A stretch of 56,017 nt of DNA, from assembly GCA_963928635.1 (NCBI GenBank), contig CAWVFT010000039.1, forward strand, positions 1 to 56,017, read 5' to 3'. Positions 27,560 through 36,413 of this stretch are shown piece by piece. Within the stretch, counting starts at the first letter, position 1, and each line of letters begins with the position of its first letter. The notes under the pieces were generated by a model. That model made no database searches. It was not told the origin of the DNA and saw only the letters and a list, made by a program, of their open reading frames with translations. The position numbers and the translations under genes were made by a program. Origin of the DNA: Bacillota bacterium (GTDB taxonomy: Bacteria > Bacillota > Clostridia > TANB77 > CAG-508).

Positions 27560-28612
27560 GTGTTTTGGTTGATTATAAAATCTTTTAGGATTAAACAAAA
27601 GATTATAGTTATTATAATAATTCTCTCTATTCTGATAACCTCTATAATATATTTTGTTTCTCTAGCTACAGATAATGAATTATCAACTGAGGAGAAAAAA
27701 GATTTTATTAAGTGGGTTGATTTTAATGTAACAGCTACTGCTATGGAAATTGCTTACAGATTAGATGTCGAGTCTCATCAAAATGATAATGGTGTGACAT
27801 ATAATTGGGTTGAGTTGCTTGCATATCTTGCTTGTAAAAATGGTGGTAATTTTAAAAATTTTAAGCAGGAAGATTTGACTAATTTACTTTTTTGTTTAGA
27901 AAATGGTCAAAAAATGGAAGATTTAACTAAAGATTTGAAATATTATGCTTATTATTACGAAAGTTACCAAGCTGTTTTAGGTGGTTTTGTGGGAAATTAT
28001 TCAATTGAAGTGACAGATGCTGATGGTAACAAGGCTTTTGAACCTAGATATGGACTAAAGGCTTTTTTACCTATTGCTAAAGGTTATAGTTTTAGCCATT
28101 ATGATGATTTTGGCAATTCTAGGTCTTATGGTTTTAGAAGAGTGCATTTAGGTAATGATTTAATGGGTAGCATTGGAACTCCTATTATTGCCGTTGAGTC
28201 TGGTACTATTGAGCATCTTGGTTGGAATCAATATGGAGGCTGGCGTATAGGTATTAGAAGTTTTGATGGCAAAAGATATTACTACTATGCACATTTAAGA
28301 AAAGACCACCCATATGTAAATGGTTTAGAAGAAGGTATAACTGTAAAGGCCGGTGATGTAATTGGATATCTTGGTATGACTGGATATAGTATAAAGGAAA
28401 ATGTTAATAATATTAATGTTCCTCATCTGCATTTTGGGATGCAGCTTATTTTTGATGAGTCTCAGGTAGACAGTCCTAATGAAATTTGGGTTGATGTTTA
28501 TCAAATTATTGAATTTTTGAAAAAAAATCGCTCAGAGGTTTATATGTCAAATAAGGAAACAAAAGATTATTCTAGAAAATATGATTTTATGGAAGACTCT
28601 TTAACTGAGTGA
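27560..28612 (+). CDS. M23 family metallopeptidase with an N-terminal TM anchor
   Basis: The HxxxD motif (HLGNDL) and HxH (HLHFG). The start is uncertain: GTG 27560 has no clear SD. Confidence 0.8.
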   Translation: MFWLIIKSFRIKQKIIVIIIILSILITSIIYFVSLATDNELSTEEKKDFIKWVDFNVTATAMEIAYRLDVESHQNDNGVTYNWVELLAYLACKNGGNFKNFKQEDLTNLLFCLENGQKMEDLTKDLKYYAYYYESYQAVLGGFVGNYSIEVTDADGNKAFEPRYGLKAFLPIAKGYSFSHYDDFGNSRSYGFRRVHLGNDLMGSIGTPIIAVESGTIEHLGWNQYGGWRIGIRSFDGKRYYYYAHLRKDHPYVNGLEEGITVKAGDVIGYLGMTGYSIKENVNNINVPHLHFGMQLIFDESQVDSPNEIWVDVYQIIEFLKKNRSEVYMSNKETKDYSRKYDFMEDSLTE

Positions 28613-28764
28613 CAAAGGGGACGGGGCAAAATGGCAATTTTTTAAAAAATTTATTATATTTATATTATTTTATGGAACAACGTCTAATATAAAAATAATT
28701 TGTCAAAAATATCCGTAACTATTGACACATTAAAAAATTGCCATTTTGCCCCGTCCCCTTTGTC
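28611..28764. repeat. Perfect 35-bp inverted repeat around an 84-nt AT-rich spacer (GGGGACGGGGC motif family)
   Basis: gacaaaggggacggggcaaaatggcaattttttaa (28611-28645) is the exact reverse complement of 28730-28764. The left arm overlaps the M23 stop codon (28610-28612), and the right arm ends 8 nt before the htrA stop codon. Confidence 0.95.
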
Positions 28765-28772
28765 ACCCTTTG

Positions 28773-29954
28773 TCATTTTCCTAATACTATTTTTATTTCT
28801 TTGTTAATCTTCCCTCTTGTTACCTTTAAAGTCACTTCATCATTTGGCTTTTTGGTATAAATATATTCTCTTAAATCATTCATTGTGCTTAAATTTTTTT
28901 CGTCTATCGAAATGATAATATCTCCCTCTTTTAGCTCTGTTTTATCCGCCGGTCCATTTTTTGTTATTTGAACTACATATATTCCCTCTTCGAATTTAAT
29001 ATTGCTATTTAAATATGGTATTACTTCTTTATCATATGCTGATATTCCTATTGTTGCTTGTTCAAATTTTCCTGTATTTTTATAGCTCTCAATTATGTTT
29101 TTTACTACATTTATAGGTATTGCAAACCCTATACCTTCTGCTGATGTTATTTTTACTGTGTTTATTCCTACAACTTCTCCATTTGGTGTAATTAATGGTC
29201 CTCCACTATTTCCTGGGTTTATAGTTGCATCTGTTTGTATTAAATCTGACATATATACTTGTGAGCCATTTTCTTCTAGTTTTATAGTTCTATTTTTTGC
29301 ACTTATTATCCCTGATGTTACTGTTCTTCTAAATTCAAATCCTATTGGATTTCCTATTGCATATACTGTTTCTCCTACTCTTATTTCTTTAGAATCTCCT
29401 AATGCGACATACGACAAATTTTTTGCTTCTATTTTTGTAATTGATATATCTAGGCTTGTATCGCTCCACATTACTGTCCCATCATATGTTTTTCCATCTT
29501 CTAATGTTACATAGCATTTACTATATTTACTTCCTGTAACATGTTCATTACTTAGTATATATCCGTTTTCTGTTACTATTACTCCTGTTCCTAACCCTAA
29601 CTCTTCTGCCGTATTATTAGAAAATATTGAATTTCCTACATTTTTTAATTTTGATATTCCTACTACGCTTCTAGTTGTTTTTTCTATCATATCTGCTATT
29701 TTTGTACTATTTTCTTCTACATTTTCCACAGTTTGTTCTTGATTTGTGGATATTGTCTTTGATGCTTCATAATTTGGTTCTTTTACTTCTATTTTTTGGT
29801 ATGTAAAATATATATAAAATCCTAAAATCCAAAAAATGAGCAATATTATAAAAGTTATTATTACTTTTTTTAAATTACTCATTTTTCTTCTTTTACTTTT
29901 TCTCAAAATCAACACCTCTTTTATATTATGGGCTGATTTTGTTTTTTTAAACAT
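28773..29954 (-). CDS. htrA: HtrA/DegP family serine protease with a PDZ domain
   Basis: TM anchor, a trypsin-like core with GNSGGPL, and a C-terminal PDZ domain. It overlaps the fadD-like stop by 8 nt. Confidence 0.9.
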   Translation of the reverse strand: MFKKTKSAHNIKEVLILRKSKRRKMSNLKKVIITFIILLIFWILGFYIYFTYQKIEVKEPNYEASKTISTNQEQTVENVEENSTKIADMIEKTTRSVVGISKLKNVGNSIFSNNTAEELGLGTGVIVTENGYILSNEHVTGSKYSKCYVTLEDGKTYDGTVMWSDTSLDISITKIEAKNLSYVALGDSKEIRVGETVYAIGNPIGFEFRRTVTSGIISAKNRTIKLEENGSQVYMSDLIQTDATINPGNSGGPLITPNGEVVGINTVKITSAEGIGFAIPINVVKNIIESYKNTGKFEQATIGISAYDKEVIPYLNSNIKFEEGIYVVQITKNGPADKTELKEGDIIISIDEKNLSTMNDLREYIYTKKPNDEVTLKVTRGKINKEIKIVLGK

Positions 29955-31680
29955 TTTTTAGTTCTTCATATCTTTTTACTTTTTGAGTTGTCGTTTTTAT
30001 TAATGGTTCTTTTGTTATTGTTATGCTTTTTATGTGTTTATATACTGGCAATGTTTTGTTTATTTCTTTTATTTCTTCCCATATTTTTTCTTTATATTCT
30101 TTTTCTGTTTTTTCTCCTAATGCTTTTTTGATTTCGTCTTGATTATATACTATTTTTGCACATAACATTGTGTCTGTATTGCTTTGGTCTCTTGAATATA
30201 CTAATGATTCTTCAACATATGGTATTTTATTTATTAGGAATTCTATTTCTTGTGGATATACATTTTTTCCATTTTTTAATACTATTATATCTTTTTTTCT
30301 TCCTGTTACCCATATAAATCCGTCTTTTTCCATATATCCATAGTCTCCTGTTTTGAACCATCCATCTTCAAAGCTTTTTTGGTTTTCTTCTTCATTATTA
30401 TAATATCCTAGCATTACGCTTGGTCCTTTTACTGCTATTTCTCCTTCGCCTTTTTCGTCTGGGTCTAATATTTTTACATTTAGGCTTGGCAATGCTATTC
30501 CGACTGAGCCTGGTCTTTTTTCTTTATCTGTTTCTGCTGCTATTACTGGTGATGTTTCTGTTAGACCATATCCTTGTACTAGGTCTATTCCAAAGTTGTT
30601 ATACCATACTACTGTTTCTTTATTCATTGGTGCTGATCCATATAGTACTACTCTTAAATGTCCTCCTAGATTATCTAGTATTTGCTTAAATACCTTTTTT
30701 CTTATATCTATTTTAATTTTTAAGAATGCATTTGATATTTTAATCATTTTGTTTATTAGTTTTGTTTTTCCTTGTGCTTCTATTGCTTTTGTTATTTTTT
30801 TACACATTGTTTCTAGCACTAGTGGTACTGCTACAAATACTGTTATTTTATATTCTATTAGATTTGACTGTATGTGTTTTAATCCATCGCAAAATGCTAC
30901 TGTTGCGCCACTATAAAATCCATAAAGGAATGTTACTGTACATTCGAAAGTATGATGTATTGGTAAGAATGAAAGTAATGTGTCTGTTGGATATAGTTTT
31001 ACCCAACTTGAGAAATCCGTAATATTTGCACATATGTTTCCTTGTGATAACATTACTGCTTTTGCTTCGTTTGTTGTTCCTGATGTGAATAACATTATTG
31101 CCATTTTGTCATTATCTATTTTTATTTCATCATATCTTTTATCTCCATTTGATACTAGTTTTTCTCCTTTTTTTAGTAACTCGTTAAAATTTAATATTTC
31201 TTTTTCATTTGTTTTATCCATACAAATTAATTTTTTCAAATTTGTATCTTCTCTTTTTTGTAATTTTTTTGCTACTTCCAGATATTTTTTGTCAAATATC
31301 ATTACTTCTGCTTCACTTCTTTTTACTAGGTTTTCTATTTCATTATCTGGTAATGCTTTATCTATTGGTACTACTACCATGTTTCCTGTTGTTATTGCAA
31401 AATAGCTAATGCACCATTCGTATCTGTTGTTTCCTATTAGTACTATCCTTTTTTCTTCTAGTCCCATGTCTAAAAGCTCTGTTGATAGACTTTTTACATC
31501 TTTTCCAACTTGTTCATATGTTTTTTCGATGTATTCTACTTTTTTTGCTGTATAATCTTTTTTGTATTTGTATGCAATGTTCTTTGCAAAATTTTTGCAT
31601 GAGTATTCTAGCATCTCTCTAAAGTTTTTTACTGGTCTTGCTTCATATACTCTCCTATTTTCATTGTCACCCATATACAT
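29947..31680 (-). CDS. Long-chain fatty acid-CoA ligase (FadD-like, AMP-binding family)
   Basis: AMP-binding motif LFTSGTTNEAKAVMLS, plus GYGLTETS and TGDYGYMEKDGFIWVTGRKKDIIV. Confidence 0.85.
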   Translation of the reverse strand: MYMGDNENRRVYEARPVKNFREMLEYSCKNFAKNIAYKYKKDYTAKKVEYIEKTYEQVGKDVKSLSTELLDMGLEEKRIVLIGNNRYEWCISYFAITTGNMVVVPIDKALPDNEIENLVKRSEAEVMIFDKKYLEVAKKLQKREDTNLKKLICMDKTNEKEILNFNELLKKGEKLVSNGDKRYDEIKIDNDKMAIMLFTSGTTNEAKAVMLSQGNICANITDFSSWVKLYPTDTLLSFLPIHHTFECTVTFLYGFYSGATVAFCDGLKHIQSNLIEYKITVFVAVPLVLETMCKKITKAIEAQGKTKLINKMIKISNAFLKIKIDIRKKVFKQILDNLGGHLRVVLYGSAPMNKETVVWYNNFGIDLVQGYGLTETSPVIAAETDKEKRPGSVGIALPSLNVKILDPDEKGEGEIAVKGPSVMLGYYNNEEENQKSFEDGWFKTGDYGYMEKDGFIWVTGRKKDIIVLKNGKNVYPQEIEFLINKIPYVEESLVYSRDQSNTDTMLCAKIVYNQDEIKKALGEKTEKEYKEKIWEEIKEINKTLPVYKHIKSITITKEPLIKTTTQKVKRYEELKNV

Positions 31681-31799
31681 TCCTTCTTTCTTTCTTTTTT
31701 TGATTTTATATTATTTTAAACTTTATTGCAATACTTTTTTATTCATTTTGTTACTTATGGGTTGCAGTTTGTTACAATTTAGTACAACAAAAACTTAAA

Positions 31800-31837
31800 T
31801 AGCGCGAGAATGTAGTTATTAGCTAATGGCCATAGGC
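31800..31837. other. 38-nt GC-richer insert flanked by a 9-bp direct repeat in the fadD/NRPS divergent intergenic region
   Basis: aaacttaaa (31791-31799) | tagcgcgagaatgtagttattagctaatggccataggc | aaacttaaa (31838-31846). Confidence 0.5.
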
Positions 31838-31912
31838 AAACTTAAACGATATTATAATATCAACAGTTTTCAATATATAGTAACAGAATGTAATAAATTA
31901 ATATATGAGTAA

Positions 31913-31940
31913 TTGACTTTTTTTATAACTTTGATATAAT
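31913..31940 (+). promoter_or_regulatory. Near-consensus sigma-A promoter of the NRPS gene
   Basis: TTGACT (31913-31918)-16 nt-TATAAT (31935-31940) with an extended -10 TG (tgaTATAAT). The track's ATG 31939 lies inside the -10 element, so the start is ATG 31975. Confidence 0.65.
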
Positions 31941-31974
31941 GATTTTGTCGAAAATTGTAAAAAAGGTGATAGTA

Positions 31975-34900
31975 ATGGAAAATTTAGAAAAGTATGAGCT
32001 TACTTACCCTCAAAAATCAATTTGGATTACAGAACAATTTTACAATGGCACATCTGTTAATCATATTTGCGGGTCAGCTATATTTCACGAAAAATTAGAT
32101 TTTAAATTATTGGAAGAAGCTATTCATTTAGTTATTTCTTCTCACCAAAATTTTAATTTGAAATTTTGCGTAGATAAAGGTTTACCTAAGCAATATCTTT
32201 CTGACGCCAAAAATATTGAAATTAATATGGTAGATATAAAATCAAGGGAGGATTTAAATTTATTAAATCAGAAATTGATTTCTATTCCTTTCTCTTTACA
32301 AGACTCTTTTTTATTTCGTTTTGTTATATTCCGTTTTCCAGATAATACGGGTGGATATTCTTTAGATATTCACCATTTAATAGCCGACGCATATTCTCTT
32401 GGTCATGTTGCTTCTTGTATTGTCGATGCTTATTCTAATTTAATTAACAATAAAAAAGTTGAAAATGGTTTTGTGGATTCTTATTTGGATTTTGCTAAAT
32501 CTGAACAAGAATATCTTTCTAGTGCAAAATTTAATAAAGATGAGTCTTATTGGAATGAACAATTTGAAATGATTCCAAGTATAGCTACAATACCTTCAAA
32601 ATCTTCAGTTACAAGCATTTCTTCTTCCGCTGCTAAAAGGAAAGTATTTAAGATTCCTTCTTCTATCCTTAATAATGTTAGGAATTTTTGCAAAGAGTCT
32701 CATGTTTCCTTATTTAATTTCTTTATGGCTGTTTATTCTATATATATAGGTAGAATTACTAATTTACATCATTTTGTAATTGGTACTCCTATATTAAATA
32801 GAACTAATTTTAAAGAGAAATCATGTTTTGGCATGTTTATAAGTACGGTTCCTTTTGTTGTTAATATTGCAGAAGATGAATCTTTTTCAACATTTTTGAA
32901 GCAGGTAGCTTATGATTCAATGGGAATGTTAAAACACCAAAAATACCCATATCAATTACTTTTGGAACATCTTCGTAAAACAAACCCAACAATACCAAAC
33001 TTGTATAATATATTACTTTCTTATCAGATAACTAACACTAAAAGTTGTACTTCTGATTTATCTTATTCAACTTCTTGGAATTTTAATGGAAATTGTGCTG
33101 ATGATATAGATATTCATTTGTTTGATATTAATGATACAGGTGCTTTAACCATTGCATATGATTATCAAACTTCTCGTTACACTTTAAGTGATATAGAACA
33201 AATTCATGCAAGAATTATTCATATTATTCATCAAGTCTTAAGTAATCCTAACTTAAGTATAGAAAATGTTTCTATTGTAACAAAGCACGAACAAAATGAA
33301 TTGATACATACTTTTAATAAAACTAATTTAAAATATCCAAAAGATAAATATATTATTCAATATTTTGAGGATATTGCATCAAATGCTCCTAATACTGCAG
33401 CTATTATTTTTCATCATGCAAGGTTGACTTACAGACAGTTGAATGAAAAAGCTAATAGTTTAGCTTATGCTCTTCGTGAAAGAGGGTTAAAAAATAATGA
33501 TATAGTTGGAATTTTAATTCCTCGTTCTTTCGAGATGATGGTAGCGATTTTGGCTGTTTTAAAATGCGGAGCAAGCTATATTCCTATTGACCCAGATTAT
33601 CCTAGTGATAGAATTAAATATATGTTAAAAAATAGCAAGACTGCATTATTACTTTCTAACAAAGAACTTATGGAAAAAGGAAATTATAATATTGATTTTA
33701 TAGATATTTCATTAGAAAATTCTTCTATTTATGATGTTCATAAAGAAAATATCGAAAATATTTCTAATCCTGATGATTTATCTTATATTATATACACCTC
33801 AGGCTCTACAGGAAATCCAAAAGGTGTTATGCTTACCCAAAAAAATCTTATGAATTTTTACCATTCTATGATTTTAAGTGCTCCTTTTTTAACAGATGGT
33901 AAAAAACATAGAGTTTTATCTATGACAACTATATCTTTTGATATATTCTTGTTTGAGACTCTTATATCTTTGGCTTGCGGGTTAACTTTATATATTACCG
34001 ATTATTATGAGCAAAAAATTACATCTAAACTTGAAAGACTTATTGAGGAAAATAAAATAGATGTTATTCAAACTACACCTTCTGTAATGAGGTTTCATTT
34101 GGATAATTTGAGTAATTTATCTTCATTTTCTTCTTTAAAACATATTACCTTAGCAGGGGAACCTTTGCCTAAAAATTTGGTGACTGATTTGAAAGCAATT
34201 TCTCCTAATTGTAGAGTTTATAACGGATATGGCCCTTCTGAGACTACAATTTTTTCTACTTACACTGATGTTACAGATTTAGATAATATTACTATAGGAA
34301 GACCTATTTCTAATACTCAAATTTATATTTTAGGTAAAAACTTATCAATTATACCTAAAGGCACTATTGGTGAAATCTATATTGCAGGCGATGGTGTTGG
34401 AAAGGGATATCTTTTCCGTGATGATTTAACTTGTGAAAGATTTATTGAAAATCCTTTTTTGCCTAATACTATTATGTATCGTACAGGTGATTTAGGTCTA
34501 TGGCTAGATGATGGGACTATAGAATGTAAAGGCAGAATGGATAATCAAATTAAATTACATGGGCTTCGTATAGAGTTAGGCGAAATTGAAGAGAGAATTA
34601 ATTCTTTTAAAGAAGATAATTTATTGCGTTCAGCTGTTATAGTAAAAGATGTTGATGGTAATATTTCTTTAAATGCCTTTTTAACATACCCTCACAAACT
34701 TGATATTGAAGCATTAAAGCAATATTTATTATCAAATTTACCTAGCTATATGATGCCTTCTACATTTACTCTTATAGATGCTTTTCCATTTACACCTAAT
34801 GGAAAAATTGACCGTAAGGCATTACAAAATTATAAAATTTCTAATGTTAGTATTCAAACTGATGTTGCTGAACCAAGAAATGAAATAGAGACTATTTTAG

Positions 34901-36315
34901 TTAAAACAATTTCTAAGAAATTAAACACTAAAAATTTTGGTATAGATAGTAATATTTTTGATTTTGGAGCTGATTCTCTAACTATTATAAATATTCTTAC
35001 TGATTTATTTAAATATAACTTGAATTTAAAAGTTTATGATTTATACCAATATCCTACAGTTCGTAGCTTATATGATAATCTGCTTAATGCAAGTGAATTA
35101 AAAAAAGATTTAGATGTGTCTCATTTCTTAGAATTAAATAATTTAGTTAATACATTTTCTAAAAATACTAAGACAAAAGAATCTACTGCTAAACATACTG
35201 TTTTATTAACTGGTTGTACTGGATTTTTAGGCTCTCATATTTTAATAGAGTTATTACAAAATCCTAGTATAGAAAAGATTTATTGCTTGATGCGTAATAA
35301 AAATAATATAGAAATGGACGAGAGATTTTGGAGTAAAATTCATTTCTATTTTGACGATAAATATGACCAATTAATTAAAGATTCTGTTATATTAATCAAA
35401 GGTAACATTACAAGAGAAAAACTTGGCTTTAGTGAAAAAAAATATGTAGATTTATGTTCTGAAATAGATACAGTTATTCATACAGCTGCTAATGTTAAAC
35501 ATTATGGTAGATATTCTGATTTCGAATCAATTAATATTAATGGAACTAAAAATATTATTGATTTCTGTTTTGATGCTAATGCTCATTTGCATCATATATC
35601 TACCATGACTGTTTCTGGTAATTATTTATTAGAACAAAACTCTACTCAGGCTCCTTTTGATGAAAATACTTTTTATGAAAATCAAAATTTTGATGATAAT
35701 GTTTATGCGAAAAGTAAATTAATCGCAGAAATGAATGTATTAGAAGCAATTTCTAAAGGTTTGGATGCTACTATCTATAGAATGGGAGATTTGACCGGTC
35801 GATATGTAGATGGAGGTTTCCAAGAAAATATTCAGGAAAATTCGATTTATTTAAGGCTAAAATCTATTATAGAAATTGGTGCTATTCCTAAGTCTATAGA
35901 AAATAATTTATTAGAATTTACTCCTATTGATTTTGCCGCAAAAGCTGTTGTTAAGATTATATGTTCTGAAAAATCTAATAATAGAATTTTCCATATATAT
36001 AATCCTAATATGTTAGAAACCAAAAAACTTATCAACTATGTAAATAGATTAGATTGTGCAATAAAAATAATTGATACAAAGTCTTTTAATAGTTTAATTA
36101 AAGAGTTATCTTCTAGTAAATATGATAGTGCTAAAGTGGTTGGTTTAATTAATGACTTTACTGATAACGAAGATTTGATATATAATTATACTATACCTCA
36201 GACTAATGATATTACGGTTGAATATCTTAAAAATTTAGACTTTGAGTGGCCAATTATTGATTTTAATTATATTAAAAATATCTTAGAATATATGAGAAAG
36301 GTTAAATTCATTTAA
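31975..36315 (+). CDS. Single-module non-ribosomal peptide synthetase, C-A-T-R (condensation, adenylation, thiolation, terminal thioester reductase)
   Basis: C domain: HHLIADAYS (HHxxxD). A domain: LSYIIYTSGSTGNPKGVMLT, NGYGPSETT, YRTGDLGLW, GRMDNQIKLHGLRIELGEIE, PNGKIDRKAL. T domain: FGADSLT. R domain: VLLTGCTGFLGSHIL Rossmann fold plus YAKSK (YxxxK). The start is ATG 31975, after an AAGGTGA SD. Confidence 0.9.
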   Translation: MENLEKYELTYPQKSIWITEQFYNGTSVNHICGSAIFHEKLDFKLLEEAIHLVISSHQNFNLKFCVDKGLPKQYLSDAKNIEINMVDIKSREDLNLLNQKLISIPFSLQDSFLFRFVIFRFPDNTGGYSLDIHHLIADAYSLGHVASCIVDAYSNLINNKKVENGFVDSYLDFAKSEQEYLSSAKFNKDESYWNEQFEMIPSIATIPSKSSVTSISSSAAKRKVFKIPSSILNNVRNFCKESHVSLFNFFMAVYSIYIGRITNLHHFVIGTPILNRTNFKEKSCFGMFISTVPFVVNIAEDESFSTFLKQVAYDSMGMLKHQKYPYQLLLEHLRKTNPTIPNLYNILLSYQITNTKSCTSDLSYSTSWNFNGNCADDIDIHLFDINDTGALTIAYDYQTSRYTLSDIEQIHARIIHIIHQVLSNPNLSIENVSIVTKHEQNELIHTFNKTNLKYPKDKYIIQYFEDIASNAPNTAAIIFHHARLTYRQLNEKANSLAYALRERGLKNNDIVGILIPRSFEMMVAILAVLKCGASYIPIDPDYPSDRIKYMLKNSKTALLLSNKELMEKGNYNIDFIDISLENSSIYDVHKENIENISNPDDLSYIIYTSGSTGNPKGVMLTQKNLMNFYHSMILSAPFLTDGKKHRVLSMTTISFDIFLFETLISLACGLTLYITDYYEQKITSKLERLIEENKIDVIQTTPSVMRFHLDNLSNLSSFSSLKHITLAGEPLPKNLVTDLKAISPNCRVYNGYGPSETTIFSTYTDVTDLDNITIGRPISNTQIYILGKNLSIIPKGTIGEIYIAGDGVGKGYLFRDDLTCERFIENPFLPNTIMYRTGDLGLWLDDGTIECKGRMDNQIKLHGLRIELGEIEERINSFKEDNLLRSAVIVKDVDGNISLNAFLTYPHKLDIEALKQYLLSNLPSYMMPSTFTLIDAFPFTPNGKIDRKALQNYKISNVSIQTDVAEPRNEIETILVKTISKKLNTKNFGIDSNIFDFGADSLTIINILTDLFKYNLNLKVYDLYQYPTVRSLYDNLLNASELKKDLDVSHFLELNNLVNTFSKNTKTKESTAKHTVLLTGCTGFLGSHILIELLQNPSIEKIYCLMRNKNNIEMDERFWSKIHFYFDDKYDQLIKDSVILIKGNITREKLGFSEKKYVDLCSEIDTVIHTAANVKHYGRYSDFESININGTKNIIDFCFDANAHLHHISTMTVSGNYLLEQNSTQAPFDENTFYENQNFDDNVYAKSKLIAEMNVLEAISKGLDATIYRMGDLTGRYVDGGFQENIQENSIYLRLKSIIEIGAIPKSIENNLLEFTPIDFAAKAVVKIICSEKSNNRIFHIYNPNMLETKKLINYVNRLDCAIKIIDTKSFNSLIKELSSSKYDSAKVVGLINDFTDNEDLIYNYTIPQTNDITVEYLKNLDFEWPIIDFNYIKNILEYMRKVKFI

Positions 36316-36360
36316 AAATTGCCAAAGGGTGCCAAAGGGGACGGGGCTTTTTGGCAATAT
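36315..36360 (+). repeat. Hairpin made of GCCAAAGGGTGCCAAA plus GGGGACGGGGC motifs, immediately after the NRPS stop
   Basis: Stem attgccaaa (36318-36326) with tttggcaat (36350-36358) and a GC-rich 23-nt loop. The 16-mer gccaaagggtgccaaa recurs at 39922-39937. Confidence 0.8.
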
Positions 36361-36413
36361 TGAAATTTTTGTTAGGTTTTACTAACAATTATTTAAAGTG
36401 TGAGGAGGTTAAA

